A stretch of 64,000 nt of DNA from an uncultured Bacteroidales bacterium (GTDB lineage Bacteria > Bacteroidota > Bacteroidia > Bacteroidales > Bacteroidaceae). Position numbers and translations under genes: made by a program. The notes under the pieces were generated by a model. The model was not told the origin of the DNA. It worked only from the letters and a program-made list of their open reading frames with translations, and did no database searches. The stretch lies in contig CACYLU010000004.1 of NCBI GenBank assembly GCA_902775375.1, positions 16,265 to 80,264 of the forward strand. Reading direction: 5' to 3'. The first letter of the stretch is position 1; each line of letters begins with the position of its first letter. Of this stretch, positions 18,228 through 29,555 are shown one piece after another.

Positions 18228-18230
18228 CAA

Positions 18231-18722
18231 CTATTTTTGTAAACTGCAAGCGAAATTAATCATTTTTATTGCAGTCTCCGCACATTCACTGCCTTTATTG
18301 CCCAATTTACCACCAGCTCTTTCTTCTGCTTGCTCCATATTATCAGTGGTTAATACACCGAAAATGACTGGAATGTCCCCCTCGGCATTGAGGTGTGCAA
18401 TGCCTTGTGTGACACCCTGGCAAACATAATCGAAATGTGGTGTGTCGCCACGGACAACGCTACCTAATACGATCACTGCATCAACCTCCCCTTGATTCAT
18501 GAATGCTGCAGCACCAAAAGTCAACTCAAAGCTTCCGGGAACGGTTTTGACAATAATGTCTTCCTCATCAACTCCATGTTGGAGTAGGGTAGCAACAGCC
18601 CCCTCGCAGAGTGCATCAGTAATGTTACTGTTCCACTCAGACACCACAATGGCAAACTTCTTGCCTTCAGCGTAGAGATTTGCCTCATGGTTGTCGTGGA
18701 GAATATGGTATGCGGTAGCCAT
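18231..18722 (-). CDS. ribH: 6,7-dimethyl-8-ribityllumazine synthase
   Basis: Motifs [48 protein letters not shown]. Confidence 0.97.
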   Translation of the reverse strand: MATAYHILHDNHEANLYAEGKKFAIVVSEWNSNITDALCEGAVATLLQHGVDEEDIIVKTVPGSFELTFGAAAFMNQGEVDAVIVLGSVVRGDTPHFDYVCQGVTQGIAHLNAEGDIPVIFGVLTTDNMEQAEERAGGKLGNKGSECAETAIKMINFACSLQK

Positions 18723-18726
18723 TGTA

Positions 18727-19416
18727 TTATTTATTGTTCTTCAAGAGTTCAGCAGCCTGAAGGAAACGGTCGATGTCCATAGACTGATAAGAACGGAAAT
18801 ACTTATCCTTGATAGTCTGGTAAGCTTCAATAGCTTCGTCATACTTTCCTTCCTTTACCAGCAACTCGCCTGCTTGCTGCAAGAATACAGGGCTCAATGT
18901 GTTGTTGTCGGCTTCCTTAGCAGCACTCAGTAGCAGTGAAATTGCCTTGTTGATGTCACCCAACTCAACGTAGCAGTTACCCATTGCACCCTTAATGGCA
19001 GGAGCAATCATCTCATCGTTAGCGCTGAACTTGTCGAGCAGTTTTACAGCTTCTTCGTTGTTACCCAAGTGTGCATAGCTTAAACCTGCATAAGCATTAG
19101 CCAGGTTAGCTGCCTTGGTACCGCTGAATTCATCAGCCACCTTCAAGAAACCATTATAGCCGATGCTGTCGCCATTAAGTGCTAAGTCGTATTGCCCAGC
19201 CTCAAAATACTGCTCACCCTTGAACAGAGCTGCATTAGCCTTCTTCTCACGAGGAGCCTTATACAAGTTGTTGTAGGCGAAAATGCCTGCAATGATAACT
19301 ACCAGTGTTACGATGACACCTACAATTGTTTTCTTGTTCTTTAGGATAAATGCCTCTGATGATGAGAGGACTTCTTCTACATTTAAGGCTTCTTCCTTAT
19401 TTTTCTGATTTGCCAT
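18727..19416 (-). CDS. Membrane-anchored TPR protein (YfgM-like)
   Basis: N-terminal single TM helix followed by Ala/Leu-rich TPR-like helices. Adjacent to ribH and divergent from recF. Confidence 0.75.
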   Translation of the reverse strand: MANQKNKEEALNVEEVLSSSEAFILKNKKTIVGVIVTLVVIIAGIFAYNNLYKAPREKKANAALFKGEQYFEAGQYDLALNGDSIGYNGFLKVADEFSGTKAANLANAYAGLSYAHLGNNEEAVKLLDKFSANDEMIAPAIKGAMGNCYVELGDINKAISLLLSAAKEADNNTLSPVFLQQAGELLVKEGKYDEAIEAYQTIKDKYFRSYQSMDIDRFLQAAELLKNNK

Positions 19417-19465
19417 ATCTATTGAATGTTTTTTATATTTTTACGCATTTATAGTTTTCGACCCG

Positions 19466-19556
19466 CAAAATTACAGCTTTTTGAACTATCTGCGAAATTT
19501 CAAGGCATCTTTTTTTGCTTTAACTACGTAAAACATCAAAATTTTGGCTACTTTTG
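19466..19556. promoter_or_regulatory. Divergent -7 boxes: TAATTTTG (minus, 19466-19473) and TACTTTTG (plus, 19549-19556)
   Basis: Both match TAnnTTTG and face their respective genes. Confidence 0.65.
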
Positions 19557-19575
19557 CCTTGTGAAATGACTTAAT

Positions 19576-20673
19576 ATGATATTAAACCGCATCTCCATAC
19601 TGAATTATAAGAACATTGAGCAGACTGATCTGACTTTTTCTTCCAAACTGAACTGTTTCTTTGGGCAGAACGGTATGGGTAAGACTAATTTGCTGGATGC
19701 CATCTATTATCTTTCGTTTTGTAAAAGTGCAGGTAACCCTATTGACTCTCAGAATATGTTGCATACTGCTGAGTTTTTCATGATACAAGGAGCGTATTCC
19801 ACTGATGACGGTAGGCCGGAAGAGATATTCTGTGGGATGAAACGTCGGCAGAAAAAACAATTTAAGCGCAATAAAAAAGAGTATCATCGGTTATCTGACC
19901 ATATAGGACTTATTCCTTTGGTGATGGTTTCACCCGATGACTCTATCTTGATAGCAGGTGGAAGTGAAGAACGTCGCAAGTTTATGGATGTGGTTATTTC
20001 ACAATATGACAAAGAGTACTTGGAGGCACTGATACGCTATAACAAAGCACTTGCACAACGCAACATCCTTTTAAAGAAAGAAGAGGAAGTGGATGACGAA
20101 ATGCTTGCTATTTGGGAAGAAATGATGGCTCAGGAAGGGGAAGTAGTATTTCGTAAGCGCGAGTCTTTTATTCAGGAATTCATACCGATTTTCCAACAGT
20201 TTTATTCCTACATTTCTGAAGATAAAGAAGTGGTTGGACTTACTTACGAGAGTCATGCCAGGAACAATTCATTGAAAGAGGTGCTCAGACAAAGTCGTGA
20301 GAAAGACCGTATTATGGGTTTCTCATTGCATGGTATTCATAAAGATGATCTTGAAATGCAATTAGGTGGCTATCCTTTGAAACGTGAAGGGTCGCAAGGA
20401 CAAAACAAGACTTACTTGATTGCCCTGAAACTTGCACAATTTGACTTCTTGAGGCGTATTGGCACCGTGCCTTTGTTGCTCCTTGATGATATATTCGACA
20501 AACTGGATGCTCATAGGGTGGAGCAGATTATTAAATTGGTGGGCAGTGACCGTTTCGGACAGATATTCATTACCGATACCAACCGTGAGAACCTTGACAG
20601 AATACTGGAAAAAACACAGGTTGATTATAGTTTGTTCAGTGTGACAGATGGTGTGGTGACACCTATAAACTGA
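19576..20673 (+). CDS. recF: DNA replication/repair protein RecF
   Basis: Walker A GQNGMGKTNLLDAIY, G.EERRKFMD, GSQGQNK, LLLLDDIFDKLD. Confidence 0.97.
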   Translation: MILNRISILNYKNIEQTDLTFSSKLNCFFGQNGMGKTNLLDAIYYLSFCKSAGNPIDSQNMLHTAEFFMIQGAYSTDDGRPEEIFCGMKRRQKKQFKRNKKEYHRLSDHIGLIPLVMVSPDDSILIAGGSEERRKFMDVVISQYDKEYLEALIRYNKALAQRNILLKKEEEVDDEMLAIWEEMMAQEGEVVFRKRESFIQEFIPIFQQFYSYISEDKEVVGLTYESHARNNSLKEVLRQSREKDRIMGFSLHGIHKDDLEMQLGGYPLKREGSQGQNKTYLIALKLAQFDFLRRIGTVPLLLLDDIFDKLDAHRVEQIIKLVGSDRFGQIFITDTNRENLDRILEKTQVDYSLFSVTDGVVTPIN

Positions 20674-20674
20674 T

Positions 20675-20971
20675 GTGGCCATGAAAAGGAATGATGCAGA
20701 ATCGGTGGGAATGTTGATCCGTAGGTTCCTTCGGCAGGAGGGTTTGGAAACACCCCTGAACGAAAAGAGGCTAATTGATGCCTGGGCAGAGGTGATGGGA
20801 CCTGCCATCGCTTCATGGTCTAAGCCACAGTTTATCAAGAATCAGGTTTTATATGTAGAGGTAACATCGGCTCCTTTGCGCCAGCAATTGATGATGGGTC
20901 GTCGACAACTGGTGAACAAATTAAATCAGCACGTAGGAGCACAAGTGATTTCCAATATTATTTTTAGATAA
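20675..20971 (+). CDS. DUF721 / DciA-family protein
   Basis: W...MGP.IA...VLYVEV.SAPLRQQL pattern, canonical position after recF. Confidence 0.85.
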   Translation: MAMKRNDAESVGMLIRRFLRQEGLETPLNEKRLIDAWAEVMGPAIASWSKPQFIKNQVLYVEVTSAPLRQQLMMGRRQLVNKLNQHVGAQVISNIIFR

Positions 20972-21026
20972 TCGAATAATCGCCCTTCGCTCACAGGAGG
21001 CATTTTTTTCCTTGCTATAGTTAAGA

Positions 21027-21557
21027 TTAGATGGTTATGATTCCATCCATCGTTATGTCAGTGGGCTCTACAGGAACTTCATCTACAACCTGATAAGGAA
21101 AACAGATGCCTGCCTTATAGGCGTTGGTAAGTTTGGGTAGCAGACGGTCATAATAACCTTTGCCCCTGCCTAAACGGTGACCGTTCCTGTCGAATGCCAT
21201 ACCTGGGACAGCAACAAAGTCAATCTTTGCATAATCCGTAAATAGAGGGCCTGTAGGTTCTGCTATACCAAAAGAACCAATCTTCAGCTCATTCATGTTT
21301 TGGAAAAGACGCAACTCTAATTCTTCACCTACTACCACAGGTAAGAGGAGTTGCTTTTTCAAGCACCATTCTTCTATAAACTGATGAGTATTGACCTCGT
21401 CACTTAAAGAGTGGTACAACAATACTGTCTTAGCTGCAAGGAAATGCGCATCATCAGCCAGCAACTGCATAATAATTCCGGAGTCAGCAGTTGTCGTGGC
21501 TTGATGTTGCGACTTTAAAAGTTTTATATGTTTCCGAAGTTCGGTCTTATTCATCAC
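21027..21557 (-). CDS. 5-formyltetrahydrofolate cyclo-ligase
   Basis: Motifs KTELRK, G.FGIAEP, VPGMAFDRNGHRLGRGKGYYDR, EPTDITMD. Confidence 0.95.
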   Translation of the reverse strand: MMNKTELRKHIKLLKSQHQATTTADSGIIMQLLADDAHFLAAKTVLLYHSLSDEVNTHQFIEEWCLKKQLLLPVVVGEELELRLFQNMNELKIGSFGIAEPTGPLFTDYAKIDFVAVPGMAFDRNGHRLGRGKGYYDRLLPKLTNAYKAGICFPYQVVDEVPVEPTDITMDGIITI

Positions 21558-21560
21558 TGA

Positions 21561-23213
21561 TTATTCATCTCTATTTTCCGGTGCTTTTGGGAAAGCCTCT
21601 CCCTTTTTCAATACCTCAACAGCTTTCAGTACTGTTTTGTCATCAAGGTTCCAGTACTGGATATAAGGCTGTGTCCCAAGTACATTACTGATGATATTAG
21701 AGCAGAGGTATTTCTCTAGTAACTTGTGCGACTTGTTGATGAGCAGGTTACGACGTTTAACGCCCTTACTGTCGCAATAGCGAATGAACTGGCCCGTGAT
21801 GTCTTGCTTTGACAGATAGTTGGCCACCTTTTCATAGCTTCCCAATGCCAGAAGTTTCTCACGGTTATTGTCGCTGTAAGAGAAACCAAAACGGGAAATC
21901 AATCCCTTGTTGCTTACCTCAATCAGATATGATGTTACACCAATTGTATCTTGAGGTACGAAGATGTCGGGCATGATACCACCACCAGCATAAACAGGTC
22001 GTCCAAGGGTTGTGAAATATTCCTCTTCGGTATTCAGTTTGATGCTGTCTTCTGAGAAGAATTCACCATGCTCGTATCTGTTGATCCAATCTGTGTCATA
22101 CTCAGGATCCTTACCATTCTCGTAAGGACGCTGGATGCATCGGCCAGAAGGTGTATAATACCTGGCAACAGTGAGTCGGATGGAAGAGCCGTCACTAAAT
22201 TCAATGGGTTGCTGAACCAATCCTTTGCCAAACGAACGACGGCCTATGATAGTGCCACGATCGTTGTCTTGGATAGCGCCCGCAAAAATCTCGCTGGCAG
22301 AGGCAGAACTCTCGTTGATCAGCACTACCAATGGCATACGCTGACAGCTGCCTGTTCCATTTGCATATTCTTCCATTCGAGGATATTTGCGACCTTGAGC
22401 GAAGAGCATCAATCGGCCTTCTGGAAGGAATTCATTCACCATACGCAAGGCTGCATCCATATAGCCGCCTGTATTGTCGCGCAGGTCAATGATGAGTCCT
22501 TTGCAGTTTTGGTGACTCAGTTGTGCAATGGCATTCAGCAATTCTACATGTGTGGTACGTGCAAATTTATTGATTTTCACATAGCCGAATTCATCGTTTA
22601 TCATATAGACAGCATTGATGGAGTTTTGGGGAATGTCACCTCTCACCACGATGAAGTCCAGTAAATCTTTCTCTCCAGAGCGCTTAACAGATATTTTTAC
22701 TTCTGTCCCTTTCGGACCTTTCAGGTGTTCTTTGGCAGTACGCTCGTTCACTATTTTGCCAACAAACAGACTATCGTTTACTTTTACGATGCGGTCGCCA
22801 GCCATGATGCCCACCTTCTCAGATGGTCCTCCCTCAATTACGCTATTGATATGTATTGTGTCATCTTGAATCACAAACTGAATACCTATGCCACTGAAGC
22901 TACCCTCCAATTCTGAGTTCACTTCCTCAGCATCCAGTGCGGGAATATAAGTAGAGTGGGGGTCAAGCTGTGCCAGTATTTGAGGTAAAGCGCCTTCCAC
23001 CACATTACTCATATCAATGGTGTCAACATACTGGTCTTCTACAATGCGCATCAAGGCATTGATTTTATTAGACGAACTATTGATGATGCCCAGACGGTTG
23101 CCTCCATAATGCTTGCTGTAGAAAGTCCCAATCAGTATGCCACCAACAATGCTGATGGCAATAATAAATGGTAGAAATCTTGTAGTCTTGTTGTTCGAAG
23201 CCATATCTCTCAA
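21561..23213 (-). CDS. S41 C-terminal processing peptidase (PDZ plus protease)
   Basis: Motifs LDPHS.Y, FSGIGI (PDZ), IIDLRDNTGG, SASASEIFAGAIQDNDRG, SFGKGLVQ, ARYYTPSGR. Confidence 0.95.
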   Translation of the reverse strand: MRDMASNNKTTRFLPFIIAISIVGGILIGTFYSKHYGGNRLGIINSSSNKINALMRIVEDQYVDTIDMSNVVEGALPQILAQLDPHSTYIPALDAEEVNSELEGSFSGIGIQFVIQDDTIHINSVIEGGPSEKVGIMAGDRIVKVNDSLFVGKIVNERTAKEHLKGPKGTEVKISVKRSGEKDLLDFIVVRGDIPQNSINAVYMINDEFGYVKINKFARTTHVELLNAIAQLSHQNCKGLIIDLRDNTGGYMDAALRMVNEFLPEGRLMLFAQGRKYPRMEEYANGTGSCQRMPLVVLINESSASASEIFAGAIQDNDRGTIIGRRSFGKGLVQQPIEFSDGSSIRLTVARYYTPSGRCIQRPYENGKDPEYDTDWINRYEHGEFFSEDSIKLNTEEEYFTTLGRPVYAGGGIMPDIFVPQDTIGVTSYLIEVSNKGLISRFGFSYSDNNREKLLALGSYEKVANYLSKQDITGQFIRYCDSKGVKRRNLLINKSHKLLEKYLCSNIISNVLGTQPYIQYWNLDDKTVLKAVEVLKKGEAFPKAPENRDE

Positions 23214-23235
23214 AATCCTCTATAATCTGTAATCT

Positions 23236-23667
23236 TTATTGTTCAATGTTTAAATACACCACTTCAATCCCAGCTTTCTTCAGCAGTTGCAAACCATCGT
23301 CCAACCTATACTGGCGAGAATACACCACCCGTTTGATACCGGCTTGGATAATCAGTTTAGCACATTCGATGCAGGGAGAATCGGTAACATAAAGTGTAGC
23401 CCCCTCGCTGTTGTTGTTAGAGCGTGCGATCTTGGTAATGGCATTTGCCTCGGCATGTAATACGTAAGGATAAGTCACGTTGTTTTCATCCTCGCATACA
23501 TTCTCAAAACCTGATGGAGTGCCATTATAGCCATCAGAGATAATCATCTTGTCCTTTACAATCAATGCTCCCACCTGACGGCGTTTGCAATAAGAGTTTT
23601 CCGACCAGATACAAGCCATGCGCAAGTATCTTTTGTCCAGTTCGGTTTTTTTATCTGCAGGTTTCAT
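23236..23667 (-). CDS. dCMP deaminase family protein
   Basis: Motifs HAEANAI, SPCIECAK, GYNGTPSG. Confidence 0.92.
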   Translation of the reverse strand: MKPADKKTELDKRYLRMACIWSENSYCKRRQVGALIVKDKMIISDGYNGTPSGFENVCEDENNVTYPYVLHAEANAITKIARSNNNSEGATLYVTDSPCIECAKLIIQAGIKRVVYSRQYRLDDGLQLLKKAGIEVVYLNIEQ

Positions 23668-24188
23668 TATCTGATTTTGGGTAATAAAGCTATTACGTAT
23701 GTCACCTCTCCATCTTTATAATAGATATACAAGGAATTAGAGTCGCCACTGTACTTGAATGCCGTGTTCATGCCTTTTTGAAATTGCTTTGCAAGCACAT
23801 CCGTCTCTTCTCCGCTCCATTTCACGTCGTAGGTACTCATTGCCCTGTTTTTTGCATCAGCCCTCCAAGTACCCGTAAAGGTTGACAGCACGCCTCTTCC
23901 AAGAAATGAACCAGAGAAAGCACCATCAATATTGGCACCGTTAAACTCAACCTCATAGTTGCCGTTAATCTTTTGCAGTTCTATGCTCTTTTTTTCTGCA
24001 TCTCGGTCTTCACCCCAGAAATTTACATAAGCTTTGGGATTTCCTTCACGGAAAATATAACTCATTTTCCATGTCTTCCCTGTAAAGATAACTTTAACGT
24101 CATCATCATTATTGCTGCATCCACCCATTAAGATTGGTAACGACAGGACGAGCATCATTCCTATTATATATATATGTAGTCTTTTCAT
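23667..24188 (-). CDS. Lipoprotein, DUF4847-like
   Basis: Lipobox LMGGC followed by acidic SNNDDD. IFTGKTWK motif. Position between dcp and dCMP deaminase. Confidence 0.65.
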   Translation of the reverse strand: MKRLHIYIIGMMLVLSLPILMGGCSNNDDDVKVIFTGKTWKMSYIFREGNPKAYVNFWGEDRDAEKKSIELQKINGNYEVEFNGANIDGAFSGSFLGRGVLSTFTGTWRADAKNRAMSTYDVKWSGEETDVLAKQFQKGMNTAFKYSGDSNSLYIYYKDGEVTYVIALLPKIR

Positions 24189-26224
24189 CTTTTGATACCA
24201 TTACGGATTAATAATGCGTCAATGGTCGGCTCTTGTCCTCTGAAACGCTTATAAAGCGTCATCGGGTGCTCAGTGCCTCCTTTCGACAAAATATTCTCAC
24301 GGAATGAGGCAGCTGTAGATGAATCGAAGATGCCGTTTTGCTTGAAAAGGGCAAACGCATCTGCATCCAGCACCTCAGCCCATTTGTAGCTGTAGTAACC
24401 AGCTGCATAGCCTCCAGCGAAGATGTGCGAGAACTGCACACTCATACAAGTATTCTCTACTTGAGGCAAAACCTGTGCCTTTTCCCATGCCTTGCGCTCA
24501 TAGGCTTCCACATCGCCATTAAAAGCTTCCTGACGGGTGTACCATGCCATATCCAAAAGGCCAAAGCTTACTTGACGAAGGCAAGCATATGCCACGTTGA
24601 AATTCTGTGAATCAATGATACTTTGCACTAATTCGTCAGGCAGCAATTCGCCAGTCTTGTAATGACGTGCAAAGGTGTGCAGGAATTCTTTTTCAACTGC
24701 ATAGTTCTCCATGAACTGTGAGGGCAGTTCTACAAAATCCCAGAAAACGCTGGTGCCACTGAGACTCTTGTAGGTGGTATTAGCAAACATGCCGTGCAAA
24801 CTATGACCAAACTCGTGTAAGAAAGTATTTACTTCTCCATGAGTCAACAAGGCTGGCTTATCTTTGGTAGGTTTGGTGAAATTCATCACCAGTGAGATAT
24901 GCGGGCGACTGTTCTCTCCTGTCTGTCTGTCAATCCACTGTTCCTTGTAGGAAGTCATCCAAGCTCCTCCTTGTTTGCCTGCACGTGGATGGAAATCAGT
25001 ATAGAGTACCGCTAAGAAACTACCATCTTTATCAAAGACCTCGTAAGCATTAACATCGGGGTGATATACTGGTATATCTTTGTTTTCCTTGAATGTAATG
25101 CCATATAGACGTGTGGCCAAGCCAAACACTCCCTTTTTCACGTTGCTCAACTCAAAATAAGGACGTAGTTTCTCGTTGTCTAAGTTGAACTTACGCTCTT
25201 TCAACTTATGAGAATAGTAGCCCAAATCCCAAGGCATTAGCTTGAAATCATTGCCTTCAAGCTCTTGGGCTAGAGCTTGTACCTCCTCTATCTCCTTATG
25301 GGCAGTAGGAGTGTAAGCATCCAACAAGTCATTCAGCAGTTTATATACATGTGTCTGGTCTAGCGCCATACGTCTTTCCAATGCGTAATCAGCATAGGTC
25401 TTGTAGCCCAGCAATTGAGCCACTTGCATGCGTAGGTTGGCAAGCTGTTTCACCACCTCCATGTTGTTCTGTGCATTGTCGTGTGTACAGCGAGTGTTGT
25501 AGGCCATATAGAGTTGTTGGCGCAACTCCCTGTTGGCAGCATATGTCATAAAAGGCGAGTAAGAGGGAGCTTTCAGCGTGAATACCCATCCTTCCAGCCC
25601 TTTTTCCTCAGCCGTTTCACGGGCAGCTTCTATTGCACTTTCTGGCAAGCCTTTCAAGTCGGCTTTGTCAGTAAGGTGCATCTGGTAGTCGTTGGTTTCC
25701 TTCAGCAAGTTGTTGCTGAATTGCAGGGAAAGCAAACTCAGCTGTTTGGTGATTTCACGGAAGGTAGCTTTCTGCTCATCGTTCAGGTTGGCTCCGTTAC
25801 GAGTAAAACCGATATAGATATCTTCGAGCAATTTCTGCTGCTCAGCATTCAACTGTTCATTTGCCCGATTGTCATATACTTTTTTGATGCGAGCATAGAG
25901 CTGTTCGTTCAGACTAATGTCATTCTCATGTTCGCTGAGCATAGGCATCAGCTTGTTGGCCAGTTCTTGCAGCTCATCACAAGTGTTAGCACTCAGCTGG
26001 TTGCCAAACACTGTGGTGGTGCGTTCAAGCATCTCGCCCGATAACTCATAAGGCTCTACTGTATTGGCAAAGGTAGGTTCGTCAGGATTGTTGATGATGG
26101 CATCAATCTCGGCTTTCTGTCGTGCCATACCTTCCACAATAGCAGGCTCATAATGCTCCAGTTTTATCTGGTCAAATGGCACAGTGCCATGTGGTGTATT
26201 ATATTTGCTGAAAAACGGATTCAT
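24185..26224 (-). CDS. dcp: M3 family peptidyl-dipeptidase Dcp
   Basis: Motifs LHEFGHSLH (HEXXH), DFVELPSQFMEN, FSHIFAGGYAAGYYSYKWAEVLDADAF. Confidence 0.95.
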   Translation of the reverse strand: MNPFFSKYNTPHGTVPFDQIKLEHYEPAIVEGMARQKAEIDAIINNPDEPTFANTVEPYELSGEMLERTTTVFGNQLSANTCDELQELANKLMPMLSEHENDISLNEQLYARIKKVYDNRANEQLNAEQQKLLEDIYIGFTRNGANLNDEQKATFREITKQLSLLSLQFSNNLLKETNDYQMHLTDKADLKGLPESAIEAARETAEEKGLEGWVFTLKAPSYSPFMTYAANRELRQQLYMAYNTRCTHDNAQNNMEVVKQLANLRMQVAQLLGYKTYADYALERRMALDQTHVYKLLNDLLDAYTPTAHKEIEEVQALAQELEGNDFKLMPWDLGYYSHKLKERKFNLDNEKLRPYFELSNVKKGVFGLATRLYGITFKENKDIPVYHPDVNAYEVFDKDGSFLAVLYTDFHPRAGKQGGAWMTSYKEQWIDRQTGENSRPHISLVMNFTKPTKDKPALLTHGEVNTFLHEFGHSLHGMFANTTYKSLSGTSVFWDFVELPSQFMENYAVEKEFLHTFARHYKTGELLPDELVQSIIDSQNFNVAYACLRQVSFGLLDMAWYTRQEAFNGDVEAYERKAWEKAQVLPQVENTCMSVQFSHIFAGGYAAGYYSYKWAEVLDADAFALFKQNGIFDSSTAASFRENILSKGGTEHPMTLYKRFRGQEPTIDALLIRNGIKR

Positions 26225-26330
26225 CTATTTCATTTGCTTTTAGTCTGCAAAGATGATAATTTTTTTGCAAATAAATGACATGTAGAGTCGTAAATAATAT
26301 TAATGAAACGAAACAATCACATTATTTTTA

Positions 26331-26338
26331 TATATTTG
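26331..26338 (+). promoter_or_regulatory. -7 promoter box (TATATTTG) for GH29
   Basis: Exact consensus match 30 nt upstream of the MKKF start. Confidence 0.65.
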
Positions 26339-26368
26339 CACTTAGTAAATCTCAAGAAGTTTAAGACA

Positions 26369-27799
26369 ATGAAAAAGTTTTTGATATTATGTGCTGCAGT
26401 AGGTCTTTTTTCGTGTGCAGACAATACCCCTGAGCCTGCTCCCGTTTATCCTATACCTGCACAGAAGCAGGTGGAGTGGCAGAAGATGGAAACATACGCC
26501 TTTATCCATTTCGGTCTCAACACGTTCAATGATATGGAGTGGGGATTTGGCGATACTGACCCTAAGACATTCAACCCCACCCATTTGGATGCCAGGCAAT
26601 GGGCACGTACGTTAGTAGCAGCTGGCATGAAGGGTGTAATTATTACTGCCAAACATCATGATGGCTTCTGCCTGTGGCCCACGACATTGACCGATTACAA
26701 TATCACCCACTCGTCATACAATGGCGATGTGGTGGGTGAACTGGCATCTGCTTGCCGAGAGTATGGTTTGAAGTTTGGTGTCTATCTTTCGCCTTGGGAC
26801 AGAAACCGTGCCGACTATGGTTCTGCTTCGTATGTAGAGTATTATCATGCGCAGTTGAAAGACTTGCTGACTCGCTATGGCGATATCTTCGAGATATGGT
26901 TTGATGGCGCTAATGGTGGTGATGGCTACTATGGTGGAGCCGTTGAGCATCGTAGCATTGATCGTAGAAACTATTATGACTTCCCTCGTGCATGGGCAAC
27001 GGTTGAAGAACTGCAACCTAATGCCATCTGTTTCTCTGATGCTGGACCTGGGTGTCGATGGGTAGGAAATGAAGATGGCAAAGCAGGCACTACCAACTGG
27101 TCGTTCCTGCGAGCAGCAGAGGTATATCCTGGCTATCCAAATATTGACGAGCTGAACGTAGGACATCCTGACGGTGATGCTTGGCTCCCTGCTGAATGTG
27201 ATGTCTCTATTCGTCCAGGATGGTTCTATCATGAAAGTGAGGATGATGAAGTGAAAACTGCCGATTATCTGGTTGACCTGTATTATCAGAGTGTGGGACG
27301 CAACGGTAATCTGTTACTCAATTTCCCTGTCAACAAGGAAGGACTGATTTCAAAGACCGACTCTATCAATGCTGTGACCTTCCATCAGCGCATTATGCAG
27401 GAATTGAGTCATAACCTGTTGCTAGGTGCCAAGGTGGAGGCATCAGACAAGCGAGGAAGACGCTTTGCTGCCACTCTTGCTAACGACGGTGATTTTGATA
27501 CCTATTGGGCAACGCCTGATGACGTAATTACTGGCTCGCTGACATTCACCTTTAATCAGCCACAATCTGTAACTCGCCTCCTATTGCAGGAATACATCCC
27601 ATTGGGACAACGTGTGAAGAGTTTTAACGTGGAATACCAGCATGAAGGCAACTGGCAATCACTGACATTAGATGAAGAAACCACCACCATTGGCTATAAG
27701 CGTATTCTGCGATTCCCAGAGGTAACGACCAGTGCTATAAGGGTTAACTTTACCGATGCTCGTGGCCCACTGTGCATCAGTGAAGTAGCAGCTTATTAA
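26369..27799 (+). CDS. GH29 alpha-L-fucosidase lipoprotein with C-terminal F5/8-type domain
   Basis: Motifs AFIHFGLNTF, TAKHHDGFCLWP, FGVYLSPWDRN, EIWFDGANGG, ECDVSIRPGWFYH. Lipobox LFSC. Start placed at M23 (26369). Confidence 0.93.
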   Translation: MKKFLILCAAVGLFSCADNTPEPAPVYPIPAQKQVEWQKMETYAFIHFGLNTFNDMEWGFGDTDPKTFNPTHLDARQWARTLVAAGMKGVIITAKHHDGFCLWPTTLTDYNITHSSYNGDVVGELASACREYGLKFGVYLSPWDRNRADYGSASYVEYYHAQLKDLLTRYGDIFEIWFDGANGGDGYYGGAVEHRSIDRRNYYDFPRAWATVEELQPNAICFSDAGPGCRWVGNEDGKAGTTNWSFLRAAEVYPGYPNIDELNVGHPDGDAWLPAECDVSIRPGWFYHESEDDEVKTADYLVDLYYQSVGRNGNLLLNFPVNKEGLISKTDSINAVTFHQRIMQELSHNLLLGAKVEASDKRGRRFAATLANDGDFDTYWATPDDVITGSLTFTFNQPQSVTRLLLQEYIPLGQRVKSFNVEYQHEGNWQSLTLDEETTTIGYKRILRFPEVTTSAIRVNFTDARGPLCISEVAAY

Positions 27800-27836
27800 C
27801 GAGTCAAGAAATATGCCTCGTTGCACAATAAAATAC

Positions 27837-29045
<1,209 letters not shown>

Positions 29046-29066
29046 GAAGTAACGCTATTATAAATT

Positions 29067-29098
29067 AAGAGGATGTGCAAATGCGCATCCTCTTTTTT
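29067..29098 (+). terminator. Intrinsic terminator after the esterase
   Basis: AAGAGGATGTGCA-AA-TGCGCATCCTCTT stem followed by a T-run. Confidence 0.85.
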
Positions 29099-29140
29099 GT
29101 TCCCATAGCTCGTATGGAGCAAGGCGGTAGCTAATGAATG

Positions 29141-29255
29141 GCTTACTTCCGCTAAGCCGTCCTTTTACTTCCGCTAAGCGGGGTGTTTACTTCTTTTTTC
29201 TCCCTCGTTAGGCTTTTATTATTCTCTCGTGAGGGAAAAATATTTTCCTAACGCT
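29141..29255. repeat. 22-bp-period repeats (TTACTTCCGCTAAG units, then CCCTCGTTAGG/CTCTCGTGAGG units)
   Basis: TTAC starts at 29143, 29165 and 29187. Second motif at 29202 and 29224. Inverted repeat CGTTAGG/CCTAACG. Confidence 0.75.
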
Positions 29256-29311
29256 ACGGCAAAACAAGTGGAAATAAAGGACATTCTACTTTAGAAATGA
29301 TACTATGCTCG

Positions 29312-29478
29312 AAAAAACTCTTCACTCTTCACGAATGTAGTGTAATATTCTGATATATAGTGTTATAAATGAGTGAAGTGTTGTGAAGTGTTGTGAAGAG
29401 TTGGTGTGACTCTTCACGCGGTAAATTGATTGTAATACAGTTATTTATACCGTATTTGTGAAGAGTGAAGACTTTTTT
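29312..29478. repeat. 167-bp element with 21-bp terminal inverted repeats (MITE-like / iteron-like)
   Basis: AAAAAACTCTTCACTCTTCAC (29312-29332) versus GTGAAGAGTGAAGACTTTTTT (29458-29478), 20/21 match. Internal GTGAAGTGTT x2 and a GTGAAGAG/CTCTTCAC pair. Confidence 0.75.
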
Positions 29479-29555
29479 ACGATTTTCATTTTTCTCTGCT
29501 CCTATCCCTTAGGAATAAACTAGGAATAATGATGTGATTTGCAATATTGCAACTC

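Noticed and set aside
17983-18429. 148-aa plus-strand ORF
   Set aside because: Antisense to tRNA-Tyr and ribH. The peptide (VGKDGFEPPKA...) is a tRNA shadow translation.
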